Positions 1 through 9,726 of a stretch of 27,556 nt of DNA are shown one piece after another (within the stretch, counting starts at the first letter, position 1; every line of letters starts with the position of its first letter). Below the pieces are notes generated by a model. That model saw only the letters and a program-made list of their open reading frames with translations, ran no database searches and was not told the origin of the DNA. A program made the translations under genes and the position numbers. Location of the stretch: assembly GCA_020631245.1 (NCBI GenBank), contig JAHDHP010000017.1, positions 1 to 27,556 of the forward strand. Direction: 5' to 3'. This DNA comes from Bacteroidota bacterium (GTDB lineage Bacteria > Bacteroidota > Bacteroidia > Chitinophagales > UBA2359).

Positions 1-56
1 CGTAGCTTCACAATGCTTCTGTTTCGTCAAGCTATCGCTACTATCCCTCACGCGAG
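1..56 (-). repeat. Truncated copy of the ~220-bp structured intergenic element (B-element), 5' part only, cut by the window edge
   Basis: Reverse complement of 1-56 gives 'cgcgtgagggatagtag..gcttgacgaaacag..ttgtgaagc'. This matches the 5' scaffold of the copies at 9727, 13683 (rc) and 24655. Confidence 0.6.
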
Positions 57-100
57 AAACGTGCGACGATTTACGTGCGACGTGCGACGGAAGTACTTTT
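57..100. repeat. Short repeat 'gacgatttacgtgcgacg(tgcgacg)gaagtactttt' (C-element). A second copy lies at 14188-14222 and inverted partial copies at 157-215.
   Basis: Near-identical string at 14188-14222. Inverted 'aaatcgtcg / gacgtaaatcgtcgcatcg' copies at 184-212. Confidence 0.5.
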
Positions 101-218
101 ATATTCATTATACTTTGTTTATTTTGCTTTGTCATCGCATCTCGCACAACCTTAATCGTAAATCGTCCCATCCTTAAATGCAAATCGTCGGACGTAAATC
201 GTCGCATCGTTCCATCGT

Positions 219-1202
219 CTATCTCCGCTTCTTCCGCTTCTTTTTCTTACTTCTCTTTTTCGCCTTTTTAATCACCTTCGCTGGTGGACCTTTCTCCTCC
301 GCTTCCCTCGTAAAGGTTTCTAGTAATGGAGACTCTGTAAATACTTTCTCCACCCATTTCCATTCGCCATCTGTCAATTCTAAGGCACGATAAGAACCAT
401 CTGGAATATACTGCGACTTATCCCTCGATTTAGCTGCATCTTCCGACTCAGGCACTAAATAATCAAAGACAATAGAATTTTTCAACTCATCATAATTCAA
501 ATTGACAATCGAGCCTTGTTTAAACTCTAAAAAGAAACGATTTACCAATTTCATTTCCTTCCGATCATTCTGTTCCCAAAAAACAGGATGACCAAAAACA
601 GGTTCTTGTTTAGCATTAAAATGCATAATGTCTACGAGCTTCTTATCCGTCTTATGATTAAAGCCATCCCATCCAAACAACAAATAGTAGGTCTTTCCTT
701 TATGCTCATAAGGTGTTAGGCTATAATACAAAGCTCCATACCAGTTTTTAGCACCTAAAGTTTTCGTTTCTGGTGCCCCTATTTCAGGAGATTTATCCAA
801 TAAAGGAATAAGTCGCAAATCACCTGGTTGATTAAACTGAATGGCTCCAAAATACTTATAGGTCAATCGAGCGGCATTCCGTTCATCTTGATCAATAACC
901 ATCCACGTAAAAATGCGAAACTTTTTGTCTGGTGTATCCAAAATAGATACATTTTCAAGGGAATCAAATGGGTAATAATACGAATTAGGGGTTTTGAGAG
1001 CTTCTACAAGTAAAGGAATGAATTGATAGTTGGCATCATACCGATCTTTTTCAACAGCCGAGGTACGAATTTTGCCAAATAGTTGCTGAAGACTGTCTTC
1101 ATATTGTTGTAATTTCAACAAATCAGCCGGCTTAATTTCTTTAGGTTGTGCAAGTAAATAGCTACATAGCAAACAAAAAGGAATGATTAACAGCTTTTTC
1201 AT
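219..1202 (-). CDS. Secreted hypothetical protein with a lysine/arginine-rich C-terminal tail
   Basis: 327-aa ORF. N-terminal signal peptide 'MKKLLIIPFCLLCSYLLAQ'. C-terminus 'KKAKKRSKKKKRKKRR'. No family recognised by eye. Confidence 0.7.
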   Translation of the reverse strand: MKKLLIIPFCLLCSYLLAQPKEIKPADLLKLQQYEDSLQQLFGKIRTSAVEKDRYDANYQFIPLLVEALKTPNSYYYPFDSLENVSILDTPDKKFRIFTWMVIDQDERNAARLTYKYFGAIQFNQPGDLRLIPLLDKSPEIGAPETKTLGAKNWYGALYYSLTPYEHKGKTYYLLFGWDGFNHKTDKKLVDIMHFNAKQEPVFGHPVFWEQNDRKEMKLVNRFFLEFKQGSIVNLNYDELKNSIVFDYLVPESEDAAKSRDKSQYIPDGSYRALELTDGEWKWVEKVFTESPLLETFTREAEEKGPPAKVIKKAKKRSKKKKRKKRR

Positions 1203-1420
1203 ATGTGGTTGTGTTATTTATTAATTAGATTATAGTATTTTTAGAGAACGTATTTTTTGACTTTTATAATACCTTTACGTAAAATCACATAGTTACATTC
1301 TTTGCTTTAGGCAGATTAAAAGAATAATATTTCATTATTAATTTCAGTTTGCCTTACCGAAACGAATTTAAAGAAAGAACTATTATTTTCACAAGAAACA
1401 AATCCTAATTCTCCTACATA

Positions 1421-3568
1421 TTGAAACAATTAATTACTTTTTTAATCAATAAACACCGACTAATTGTCACTTATGTCTTTGTGCTTATTATTATTGCATT
1501 GATTACACTCTTGTATCCGCGCACTAACTTCAAGTATGAGTATGAGTTGGGTAAACCCTGGAACTATGAAGACCTTTTGGCTCCTAGTACCTTCACTATC
1601 AAAAAGTTAGAAGATAGTGTAAAGGCAGAACAAATGCGACTTAGGGAGTCTTTTCGACCATTTTATACCAATAACCTATCCGAAAAAATGGTAGACGACA
1701 TTATTCTAAATGTTGCTCAAACCTATGAAACCCTAAAACTAGATACCAACTATAATGTCTCCTCAGTCGATTCAATCCGCTTTACACAAATAGCGCGAAG
1801 CCTTTTAGACACCATCTATAATCGAGGGGTTATCAACCTAGCCGATATACACAAACAACCAGATGGGGTAAGTCCAGATATTAAAGAACTCAATTACCTC
1901 ATTCGCCCCAATGAAATTGTCCGTCGTTCCTATTACAGCTTTTTCACTAGCCCTAGTTTTGCCTGCCGCTATATCGAAAAATACATCAAATCACTTCAAG
2001 ATACTAACGCACTGGCTATTCTACCTATTATGTGTGAAAGTCTCGAAGCAAATGTACTTTTTGACCAAGAGAAAACAGATGAAATTCAAAAAGCCTTGCT
2101 CGATGAAATTGTACCGACAGATGGGAAAGTTGTGCAAGGGGAGATCATTGTCATGCAAGGACAAGTTGTAACCAATGATTCGGAAACTAAAATTTATCAA
2201 AAGTTAAAAACAATAGAGGAACTGCTAAGTACGGCTCAAAGTGATACAGGCAATACCCACTTTCTCAATAAATATCGTCTTGATATAGGCTATTTCTTAA
2301 TCACTTTTACGCTACTAGGTATATTTATGTTTTTTATGCGCACCTTCGCGCGCCAACATATCACTCGATTACGAGAAATAGGCTTTTTACTCTTAGCCAT
2401 TTTATCTTTTCTCTATCTCGTATCCATCATTACAGAGTTGCAACAGGTTAGTATGCCTTTCCTAAGCCTCTATGTAATTCCTTTTTGTATCGTTCCTATT
2501 ATCGTTCGTAGCTTTTTTGGGAGCATGGTCGCTCATTATGTCCATATCATCATCATGACTCTCAGCTACTTCATTATCCCACTAGGATTTGAGTTTTTAC
2601 TCCTACATTTTATTGCGGGTTTAGTCGCCATTCTAACGAATGAAAAAACATATTACTGGTCGGATTTTTTCCGTTCAACAGCACTCATTTTCATTACCTA
2701 TTGCATTGGTTATTTTGCCCTATCATTAATCTATGCCAGTTCTATAGAAACCATCAAATGGCCCACCTTTGGATGGTTAGTAGTCAATGCGTTACTGACT
2801 CTCCTTGCCTTCCAATTGATTCCTATTTTTGAAAAGATATTTGGATTCCTTTCCAATATTACTCTCATGGAATTGGGAGATCTCAATAACCCACTTCTCA
2901 AGCAATTATCACAAAAAGCTCCTGGTACATTCTGGCACTCTCTACAAGTGTCTAACCTCGCCGAAGCAGCCTCCTCTGAAATTGGAGGAAATGCCATGCT
3001 TGCCAAAGTAGGAGCTTTATACCACGATATTGGTAAAATGCGAAACCCCGCTTATTTTATCGAAAACCAAAAAACAGCTCTTAATCCACATGATGATTTG
3101 CCCTACGAGGAAAGTGCACACATCATTATTGAGCATGTCACTTACGGAATCGAATTAGCGAAAAAAGAAAATCTCCCTAATATCATTATCGATTTTATCC
3201 GTACTCATCACGGAGATACACGTACCGAATATTTTTATCGACAGTATATCCAACAACATCCAGATGAGGTGATAGACGATCAACCATTCCGTTATCCAGG
3301 TCCACTCCCCTACTCTAAAGAAACAGCTATTGTGATGATGGCCGATTCAGTGGAGGCAGCCTCGCGTAGCCTCAAAAATCCCAATGAAGACGATATCAAC
3401 AATTTAGTAGAAGGGATTGTAGAAGGTAAAATTAAATTGAACCAATTTGTTAATTGTGACATTAGTTTCAAAGATATTACAGCTATCAAAAAAGTATTCA
3501 AACGTCAGTTAAGAAGTATCTATCACGTTAGAATCAGTTATCCTACTCTAGAAAAAAGCACTGTATAA
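1421..3568 (+). CDS. 7TM receptor with intracellular HD-domain hydrolase (PgpH/YqfF-like)
   Basis: 715 aa. Central block of multiple hydrophobic transmembrane helices. C-terminal HD motif 'HSLQVSNLAEAAS..GGNAMLAKVGALYHDIGK' and 'IRTHHGDT'. TTG start at 1421 because an in-frame stop at 1406 limits upstream extension. Confidence 0.85.
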   Translation: MKQLITFLINKHRLIVTYVFVLIIIALITLLYPRTNFKYEYELGKPWNYEDLLAPSTFTIKKLEDSVKAEQMRLRESFRPFYTNNLSEKMVDDIILNVAQTYETLKLDTNYNVSSVDSIRFTQIARSLLDTIYNRGVINLADIHKQPDGVSPDIKELNYLIRPNEIVRRSYYSFFTSPSFACRYIEKYIKSLQDTNALAILPIMCESLEANVLFDQEKTDEIQKALLDEIVPTDGKVVQGEIIVMQGQVVTNDSETKIYQKLKTIEELLSTAQSDTGNTHFLNKYRLDIGYFLITFTLLGIFMFFMRTFARQHITRLREIGFLLLAILSFLYLVSIITELQQVSMPFLSLYVIPFCIVPIIVRSFFGSMVAHYVHIIIMTLSYFIIPLGFEFLLLHFIAGLVAILTNEKTYYWSDFFRSTALIFITYCIGYFALSLIYASSIETIKWPTFGWLVVNALLTLLAFQLIPIFEKIFGFLSNITLMELGDLNNPLLKQLSQKAPGTFWHSLQVSNLAEAASSEIGGNAMLAKVGALYHDIGKMRNPAYFIENQKTALNPHDDLPYEESAHIIIEHVTYGIELAKKENLPNIIIDFIRTHHGDTRTEYFYRQYIQQHPDEVIDDQPFRYPGPLPYSKETAIVMMADSVEAASRSLKNPNEDDINNLVEGIVEGKIKLNQFVNCDISFKDITAIKKVFKRQLRSIYHVRISYPTLEKSTV

Positions 3569-3588
3569 TTTATTAATCCTATAACAAA

Positions 3589-5532
3589 ATGATTCCTCAA
3601 ACTACCATCGCTAGTATCATGGAAGCCGCTCGCATTGAAGAGGTGGTAGGTGATTTTGTTACACTCAAAAAAAGAGGAGTCAATTTCATAGCTTGTTGCC
3701 CTTTTCACAATGAAAAAACACCTTCCTTTACCGTTTCTCCTACCAAAAACATTTACAAATGTTTTGGCTGTGGTGAAGCAGGTAGTCCAACCAATTTTGT
3801 GATGGAGCATGAAAATATGACCTATCCTGATGCCCTCCGCTATCTCGCTCAAAAATACAATATAGAAATAGCAGAAGTAGATAACGAAAAAGGACGAGAA
3901 GAACGACAAGCAAGAGATAGTCTATTTATCATTAATAATTTTGCACAAGAACATTTTCAAAACAACCTACAACATACCGATGAAGGTATTAGTGTAGCAC
4001 TCAGTTATTTCCGCTCTAGAGGTTTTAGTGATACGACTATCCAAAAATTCCAACTCGGTTATAGTATCGAAGATTGGGATACCTTTATTAAGGCAGCTCA
4101 AGAAAAAGGATACCGCCTTGAACTACTCAAAAAGTTAGGACTCGCTGGTGAAAAAAATGGTCGTTTCTATCCTTTCTTTCGCGGACGTGTGATGTTTCCC
4201 ATTCACGGACTTTCTGGTAAAGTGGTGGCCTTTGCAGGTCGTACCCTCAAAAAGGAAAAGAAATCCCCCAAATATGTCAATTCTCCCGAAACAGAAATTT
4301 ACAACAAAAGTAAAGTACTCTATGGGATGTTCTTGGCCCGTCAGGAGGTCAGAAAACAAGATGATTGTATTCTAGTTGAAGGGTATACCGATGTTATTTC
4401 ACTCCATCAAGCAGGTATCGAAAATGTCGTTGCCTCCTCTGGAACCTCCCTTACTCCCGATCAAGTCCGCCTCATCAAACGCTACACACCCAATATCACT
4501 ATCCTCTATGATGGTGATGCAGCAGGTATCAAAGCAGCTCTCAGAGGCGTGGATATTATCCTTTCTGAAGGGATGAATGTGAAAGTAGTGATCCTTCCTG
4601 AAGGGGAAGATCCCGATTCCTTTGTACAAGCAAAAGGACGTACTGATTTTCTAGCTTATGTCAAAGAGACGCAAAAAGATTTCATCTTTTTTAAGGCAGA
4701 TCTTCTCCTAAAAGACGCAGGAGATGATCCAGTAAAAAAATCGGCAGTCATTCAAGATATAATTAAGACACTTGCTAAGATTCCCGACCCTATCAAACGG
4801 GCTTTATATGTCAGAGAATGTGCAAATCTGCTTGATATAAGTGAACGCTTGATCATTACCCAAACCAATAAGATCAAGTACAACCAAATTCAAAAAAACA
4901 AAGAAAGAAAAGAACTTCAAGCAGCACAAGAAGCTCATCTGCCTGCTAGTCTCCAAGAGTTAGAAGAAATTCAAAAAGCAGCTCCTAAAGAAATAAAAAA
5001 ACAAATTACTGGACTAGATGTATGCGAACGGGATTTAGTGCGTTTACTGCTTGAGTTTGGAGAAGAGTTTTATGACATTGATTACTATGTCGCTGTTTAT
5101 ATTATCCAACAAACATTGGACTTACCTCCTACCAATCCGATCTATCAAAAAATGGTGAATTTATATCGTCAACATTTAGAGGAAGGAAAAACACTCTCTA
5201 AAGATTTCTTCCTAGAATACCAAGACCCACAAATTAATAAAGCAACCATAGATCTCCTCTCTTCTCCTTATGAACTAAGTGAAAATTGGAAAATAAAACA
5301 TGAAATATTTGTAACTCAAATTGTTACAAACTTCAAACCTGAAGTAGAAAACTTAGTAGATCGTTATAAACTCAGATGGGTATTGAAAATGAAAGATGAA
5401 AATCAAGAAAAAATTAAACTAGCTCAAAAATCCAATGACTTAGATATAATAGAACTGTTGAAGAATCAATTACAATATGAAGAATGGATAAAACAATTAA
5501 CAAGTAAGTTAAAGGGAGTAATAATTCGGTAA
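3589..5532 (+). CDS. dnaG: DNA primase DnaG
   Basis: CHC2 zinc finger 'CCPFHNEKTPSFTVSPTKNIYKCFGCGEAG'. Toprim 'LVEGYTDVISLHQAGIENVVASSGTSLT' and 'LYDGDAAG'. 647 aa. Confidence 0.95.
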   Translation: MIPQTTIASIMEAARIEEVVGDFVTLKKRGVNFIACCPFHNEKTPSFTVSPTKNIYKCFGCGEAGSPTNFVMEHENMTYPDALRYLAQKYNIEIAEVDNEKGREERQARDSLFIINNFAQEHFQNNLQHTDEGISVALSYFRSRGFSDTTIQKFQLGYSIEDWDTFIKAAQEKGYRLELLKKLGLAGEKNGRFYPFFRGRVMFPIHGLSGKVVAFAGRTLKKEKKSPKYVNSPETEIYNKSKVLYGMFLARQEVRKQDDCILVEGYTDVISLHQAGIENVVASSGTSLTPDQVRLIKRYTPNITILYDGDAAGIKAALRGVDIILSEGMNVKVVILPEGEDPDSFVQAKGRTDFLAYVKETQKDFIFFKADLLLKDAGDDPVKKSAVIQDIIKTLAKIPDPIKRALYVRECANLLDISERLIITQTNKIKYNQIQKNKERKELQAAQEAHLPASLQELEEIQKAAPKEIKKQITGLDVCERDLVRLLLEFGEEFYDIDYYVAVYIIQQTLDLPPTNPIYQKMVNLYRQHLEEGKTLSKDFFLEYQDPQINKATIDLLSSPYELSENWKIKHEIFVTQIVTNFKPEVENLVDRYKLRWVLKMKDENQEKIKLAQKSNDLDIIELLKNQLQYEEWIKQLTSKLKGVIIR

Positions 5533-5787
5533 TATTATATATATAAACACTTCAAAAAACACTTCTTGTAGAAAAAGAATCCTACATTCATTTTTTCGCC
5601 ATATCATGAAACTTTTTTAAAAAAAACTCAGTTCTTTCAATACAAACCATTTGAAAAACCAATACTTACAAATAACAATGTAACGCTATATCCATTTATC
5701 TCTCCTGTGATATGAAGAAGCTTAATATCTACTAGCATCTTTTTTGCTATACATAAAAAGATATCATTCACCTATCCAAATACCTAC

Positions 5788-6459
5788 ATGACGGAACTCA
5801 TTCAACACGCATTTTCGCCAGCTAATATAATTCCCACCATACTATTATTAGTATGTATTTTTTATGGAATTATGGTCATACTGGGTGCATTAGATATTAG
5901 TTTTCTCGACTTTGACATTGATGCTGATGTAGACATAGATGCCGAAATTGATGTAGATGTTGACGTAGATGCAGATACCGATGTAGGCAGTAATAATGGT
6001 GGAGGTCTAATAGGAATTCTAAAGTTTTTCAATATAGGAGATATCCCCTTCATGATTTTTATGTGTATCCTAAGTCTTTCACTTTGGCCCTTATCTATTA
6101 CAGCCAATTACTTATTAGGAAACAGCAGTCTTTTACTCGGATTACTCCTATTAATCCCATTGCTTCTCGTCAGTTTATTTATCACAAAAATACTCTCTAC
6201 ACCACTGGTTAAAGTATTCAAACATATGAATACAGCTCATAAGGATGTAGACTTAATAGGCAGTATAGCCACCATTATATTACAAACTTCCAATCAAAAA
6301 ATAGGGCAAGCAGAAGTTGTCACACATGATAATAACTCTTTAGTAATCAATGTGCGAGCAACAGAAGATCAGATGCTAACAAAGGGTAGACAATGTCTCA
6401 TCATTGATAGACAAGAGGACGGTATCTATCTTGTAGAAGCATACGAAGGGAAGTTTTAA
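5788..6459 (+). CDS. NfeD-like membrane protein (YuaF/NfeD2-like partner of flotillin) with an acidic (D-I/V-D)n insert
   Basis: 223 aa. N-terminal transmembrane segments. C-terminal soluble beta-rich domain 'IGQAEVVTHDNNSLVINVRATEDQMLTKGRQCLIID'. Sits immediately upstream of the flotillin gene. Contains the repeat 'DFDIDADVDIDAEIDVDVDVDADTDV'. Confidence 0.75.
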   Translation: MTELIQHAFSPANIIPTILLLVCIFYGIMVILGALDISFLDFDIDADVDIDAEIDVDVDVDADTDVGSNNGGGLIGILKFFNIGDIPFMIFMCILSLSLWPLSITANYLLGNSSLLLGLLLLIPLLLVSLFITKILSTPLVKVFKHMNTAHKDVDLIGSIATIILQTSNQKIGQAEVVTHDNNSLVINVRATEDQMLTKGRQCLIIDRQEDGIYLVEAYEGKF

Positions 6460-6501
6460 TCTTTTTAGAATAATTTATAAAACCATAAATACACATTCTC
6501 T

Positions 6502-8613
6502 ATGTTCCCATCACTTGCTATAGTTATTGCCATTATTGCGGCTTTTTTCATTCTGGCCCTATTTGCCATGATGGCCTCTTTCTACAAAAAAGTAATCCAA
6601 GGACAAGCCATTGTACGTACAGGAGTTGGTGGTACTAAAATCGCCTTCGAACAAGGAATTTTTGTCTTCCCTGTTATCCATCGTGCCGAACTAATGGATA
6701 TATCCCTCAAAAAAGTAGAAATTGAACGTTTAGGAAAAGATGGACTTATTTGTATGGATAATCTTCGTGCAGATATTAAAGTAGTATTCTTTGTTCGAGT
6801 TAACCGTTCGGTTGAAGATGTGATTAAAGTAGCATCAACTATTGGTTGTGAGCGTTCTTCTAGCCCCGAAACATTAGTCAATCTCTTTGAAGCGAAGTTT
6901 TCAGAGGCATTGAAAACAGTTGGTAAACAGTTTGAATTTGTGGAGTTATATAACTCTAGAGAACGATTCAAACAGGAAATCCTAAATGTAATTGGTCGTG
7001 ACCTCAACGGATACATCCTTGATGATGCAGCTATTGATTACCTAGAGCAAACTCCTATTGAGCATTTGAAAGATAATAATATTTTAGATGCACAGGGGAT
7101 CAAAAAAATTGCAGAACTAACTGCTATTGAAAAAATCAAAGCGAACCAAATTCGTAGAGATGAAGAAAAAACAATTAGAAAGCAGGATGTAGAAGCACGA
7201 GAAGCGATTCTAGAACTAGAGCGACAATTGGCGGAAAAAGAAGAAATTCAAAAACGTGAAATTGCAAATATCGAATCGCGCGAACATGCAGAAATAGCAA
7301 AAGTTGCCGAAGAGGAAAGACTCAAATCAGAGCGGGCACGAATTGCTACTCAAGAGGAAATAGAAATAGCAGAAGAAAATAAACAACGACAAGTTATACT
7401 GGCTCTTAAACAAAAAGAACGTATCCAGGCTATCGAAACAGAGAAGGTGGAAAAAGATCGTTTACTAGAAGTAACAGAGCGAGAGAAAGTAGTAGAGCTT
7501 GCCAATATCGAGAAAGAAAAAGCACTCGAAGAAGAGCGCAAACAAATACAAGATGTTATTCGGGAGCGTATCGTTGTTGAAAAGACAGTAGTAGAAGAAG
7601 AAGAGAAAATCAAAGATACCAAAGCACTGGCTACAGCAGAACGTAATAAGCAAGTAGCTATCAAGCAAGCCGAGCAAATGGCACAAGAGGATTTAGTTAC
7701 TCGTACTAAAGCCGCTGAAGCCGATAAGATTGCTGCTGAAATGAAAGCCAAACAAATACTAATTGATGCAGAAGCTGCAAAACAAGCTGCTCTCAAAAAT
7801 GCAGAAGCTAAAAAGATTATGGCAGAAGCCAAAGCAGCTGAAGAAGCCGCAATTGGTATTTCTGAAGCGCAAGTGATCGAAGCAAAAGCCAATGCCCATG
7901 AAAGAGAAGGAACTGTAAACGCACTCATCGTCGAAAAGAAAGCCAAAGCAGACGCAATAGCTATTGAAGCTAAAGCCAAAGCAGAAGCTACTGGCATCGA
8001 AGCTAAAGCCAAAGCAGAGGAGCAACGCGGACTCATGGAGGCGAAAGTACTCGAAGAAAAAGGAAAAGCGGAAGCGAAAAGTATCCAAGAAAAGGCAGAG
8101 GCAATGAAACAATTAGATGGTGTTGGTAAAGAACATGAAGAGTTTAAGCTTCGCTTAGAAAAAGCCAAAGAAGTAGAATTGGCAGGTATCGACGCACAAA
8201 AAGATATTGCAGTGGTTCAAGCTGATGTAATGGCTGAAGCCTTGAAATCTACTAATATCGATATTGTTGGCGGTGAAACAATGTTCTTCGAGAATATTAT
8301 GAAAGCTGTAAGTCGCGGTAAAGCAATTGATACCATGATAGACAACAGTAAAACACTAGGCACCCTTAAGGAGCAAGTTCTCAATGGTGGTGGAAGTGAA
8401 GGAGGTGGTGATCCCATCGAAAATATAAGAAATATGATTGGACAATTTGGATTATCAACAGATGATGTAAAGAACCTAACCATCTCTGCCCTACTCCTCA
8501 AAATGAGTGGTTTGACGGATGATTCGAATATAAAAGAAAAACTGAGTAACCTCCTCAGTGCCGCTGAAAGCAGTGGACTGGCTAATACAAAGGTGAAGCA
8601 GATTGGCATATAA
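6502..8613 (+). CDS. Flotillin-like SPFH/Band-7 protein (FloT/YuaG-like) with a long Glu/Ala/Lys-rich coiled-coil
   Basis: N-terminal transmembrane segment plus SPFH block 'IVRTGVGGTKIAFEQGIFVFPVIHRAELMDISL'. ~350 aa of EA-rich repeats follow. C-terminal 'IDIVGGETMFFENIMKAV' tail. 703 aa. Confidence 0.9.
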   Translation: MFPSLAIVIAIIAAFFILALFAMMASFYKKVIQGQAIVRTGVGGTKIAFEQGIFVFPVIHRAELMDISLKKVEIERLGKDGLICMDNLRADIKVVFFVRVNRSVEDVIKVASTIGCERSSSPETLVNLFEAKFSEALKTVGKQFEFVELYNSRERFKQEILNVIGRDLNGYILDDAAIDYLEQTPIEHLKDNNILDAQGIKKIAELTAIEKIKANQIRRDEEKTIRKQDVEAREAILELERQLAEKEEIQKREIANIESREHAEIAKVAEEERLKSERARIATQEEIEIAEENKQRQVILALKQKERIQAIETEKVEKDRLLEVTEREKVVELANIEKEKALEEERKQIQDVIRERIVVEKTVVEEEEKIKDTKALATAERNKQVAIKQAEQMAQEDLVTRTKAAEADKIAAEMKAKQILIDAEAAKQAALKNAEAKKIMAEAKAAEEAAIGISEAQVIEAKANAHEREGTVNALIVEKKAKADAIAIEAKAKAEATGIEAKAKAEEQRGLMEAKVLEEKGKAEAKSIQEKAEAMKQLDGVGKEHEEFKLRLEKAKEVELAGIDAQKDIAVVQADVMAEALKSTNIDIVGGETMFFENIMKAVSRGKAIDTMIDNSKTLGTLKEQVLNGGGSEGGGDPIENIRNMIGQFGLSTDDVKNLTISALLLKMSGLTDDSNIKEKLSNLLSAAESSGLANTKVKQIGI

Positions 8614-8714
8614 TAAGAAAAGGATAAATAAATGCTTCCTTATCCCAGTTCATAAGCTTAACTAATAGAAGATTTTAAACCTCGTTTGTGTTCCTAAAAT
8701 TAACGAGTATTTAC

Positions 8715-8752
8715 AACCCTGATGACATTTATATGCATCAGGGTTTTGTTTA
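8715..8752 (+). terminator. Putative rho-independent terminator downstream of the flotillin gene
   Basis: 10-bp stem 'aaccctgatg'/'catcagggtt' with an 11-nt loop, followed by 'ttttgttta'. Confidence 0.55.
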
Positions 8753-8826
8753 TCTTTGAACTCTATTTATTTTTATATACTTAGACACTGTCTCCCTTAA
8801 TAGTATTCAACAAAGACCAATACCTA

Positions 8827-9726
8827 ATGAAACAATTATTCAATCTAGCCCTCGTCCTTTCCTTTTGCACATTTTTGATGAGTAGTTGCTCGCAACCCCC
8901 TACCGCAAAATTTTCGGCCTCCACTCCTGAAGAAACAGCCCCTGTTACTGTTCAATTTACAAACAGCTCTACCAATGCAGAAAAATACCTTTGGGATTTT
9001 GGAGACGGTAATACTTCCAATGAAGAATCTCCCAGTCATGAATACAAAAGAGGTGGTGAGTATACTGTAAAATTGACTGCTCGTAAAGGAGAAGAAAAAA
9101 GTACCTCTACTGCAACGATTACGATCAAAAGACAACCACGTAAAGTAGTCGAAATTAATACGCCATTTGGAGCCATGAAAGCAGAACTATTTAATGAAAC
9201 TCCAAAACACAGAGACAACTTTTTAAAACTAGCTCAAGAAGGCTATTTTGATAGCTTGCTATTTCACCGCGTTATTTCCTCTTTTATGATTCAAGGAGGT
9301 GATCCTGATTCTCGTAATGCCACTCCCGATCAACAACTCGGACAAGGAGGCCCTCCTTACACCATTCCTGCCGAAATTGTAGATGGCTTATATCACTTTA
9401 GAGGAGCTTTGAGTGCCGCACGTAAACCCGATATGATCAATCCTAAAAAAGAATCATCTGGCTCACAATTTTATGTGGTACAAGGAAACCCGATCAATGA
9501 CCAATTTTTAAATGCGATGGAAAGTCGCAAAAACTTTAAATACTCCGCTGAAGATCGTAAAAAGTATAGCAAATCAGGTGGTAGAGCCGAACTAGACCGC
9601 GACTACACGGTTTTTGGACAGGTAATCAGTGGTTTGGATGTTATTGATAAAATAGCGGCTGTAGAGAAAGGAGTAGCTGATCGCCCTGTAGAGGATGTCT
9701 GGATGACAGTGAAGGAGGTAAAATAA
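8827..9726 (+). CDS. Lipoprotein with a PKD domain fused to a cyclophilin-type peptidyl-prolyl cis-trans isomerase
   Basis: Lipobox 'FLMSSC'. PKD signature 'YLWDFGDGNTSNEESPSHEYKRGGEYTVKLTA'. Cyclophilin motifs 'FHRVISSFMIQGGDP' and 'FYVVQG'. Confidence 0.9.
   Translation: MKQLFNLALVLSFCTFLMSSCSQPPTAKFSASTPEETAPVTVQFTNSSTNAEKYLWDFGDGNTSNEESPSHEYKRGGEYTVKLTARKGEEKSTSTATITIKRQPRKVVEINTPFGAMKAELFNETPKHRDNFLKLAQEGYFDSLLFHRVISSFMIQGGDPDSRNATPDQQLGQGGPPYTIPAEIVDGLYHFRGALSAARKPDMINPKKESSGSQFYVVQGNPINDQFLNAMESRKNFKYSAEDRKKYSKSGGRAELDRDYTVFGQVISGLDVIDKIAAVEKGVADRPVEDVWMTVKEVK

Noticed and set aside
178-393. 71-aa + strand ORF overlapping the 3' end of the - strand gene
   Set aside because: It overlaps a better-supported longer ORF on the opposite strand, its sequence is low-complexity F/L-rich, and the region is repeat-laden.
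1911-4629. Assorted internal or antisense small ORFs inside the HD hydrolase and dnaG genes (1911-2171, 2731-3006, 2829-3011, 3310-3501, 3538-3909, 4135-4359, 4376-4576, 4399-4629)
   Set aside because: They are fully nested in or antisense to strongly supported genes with clear domain signatures. They are frame-shadow ORFs.
7350-8168. 272-aa ORF on the - strand inside the flotillin gene
   Set aside because: It is a low-complexity S/A/F-rich reverse-frame translation of the GAA/GCA-rich flotillin coiled-coil. It has no start context and no motifs, so it is an antisense artefact.
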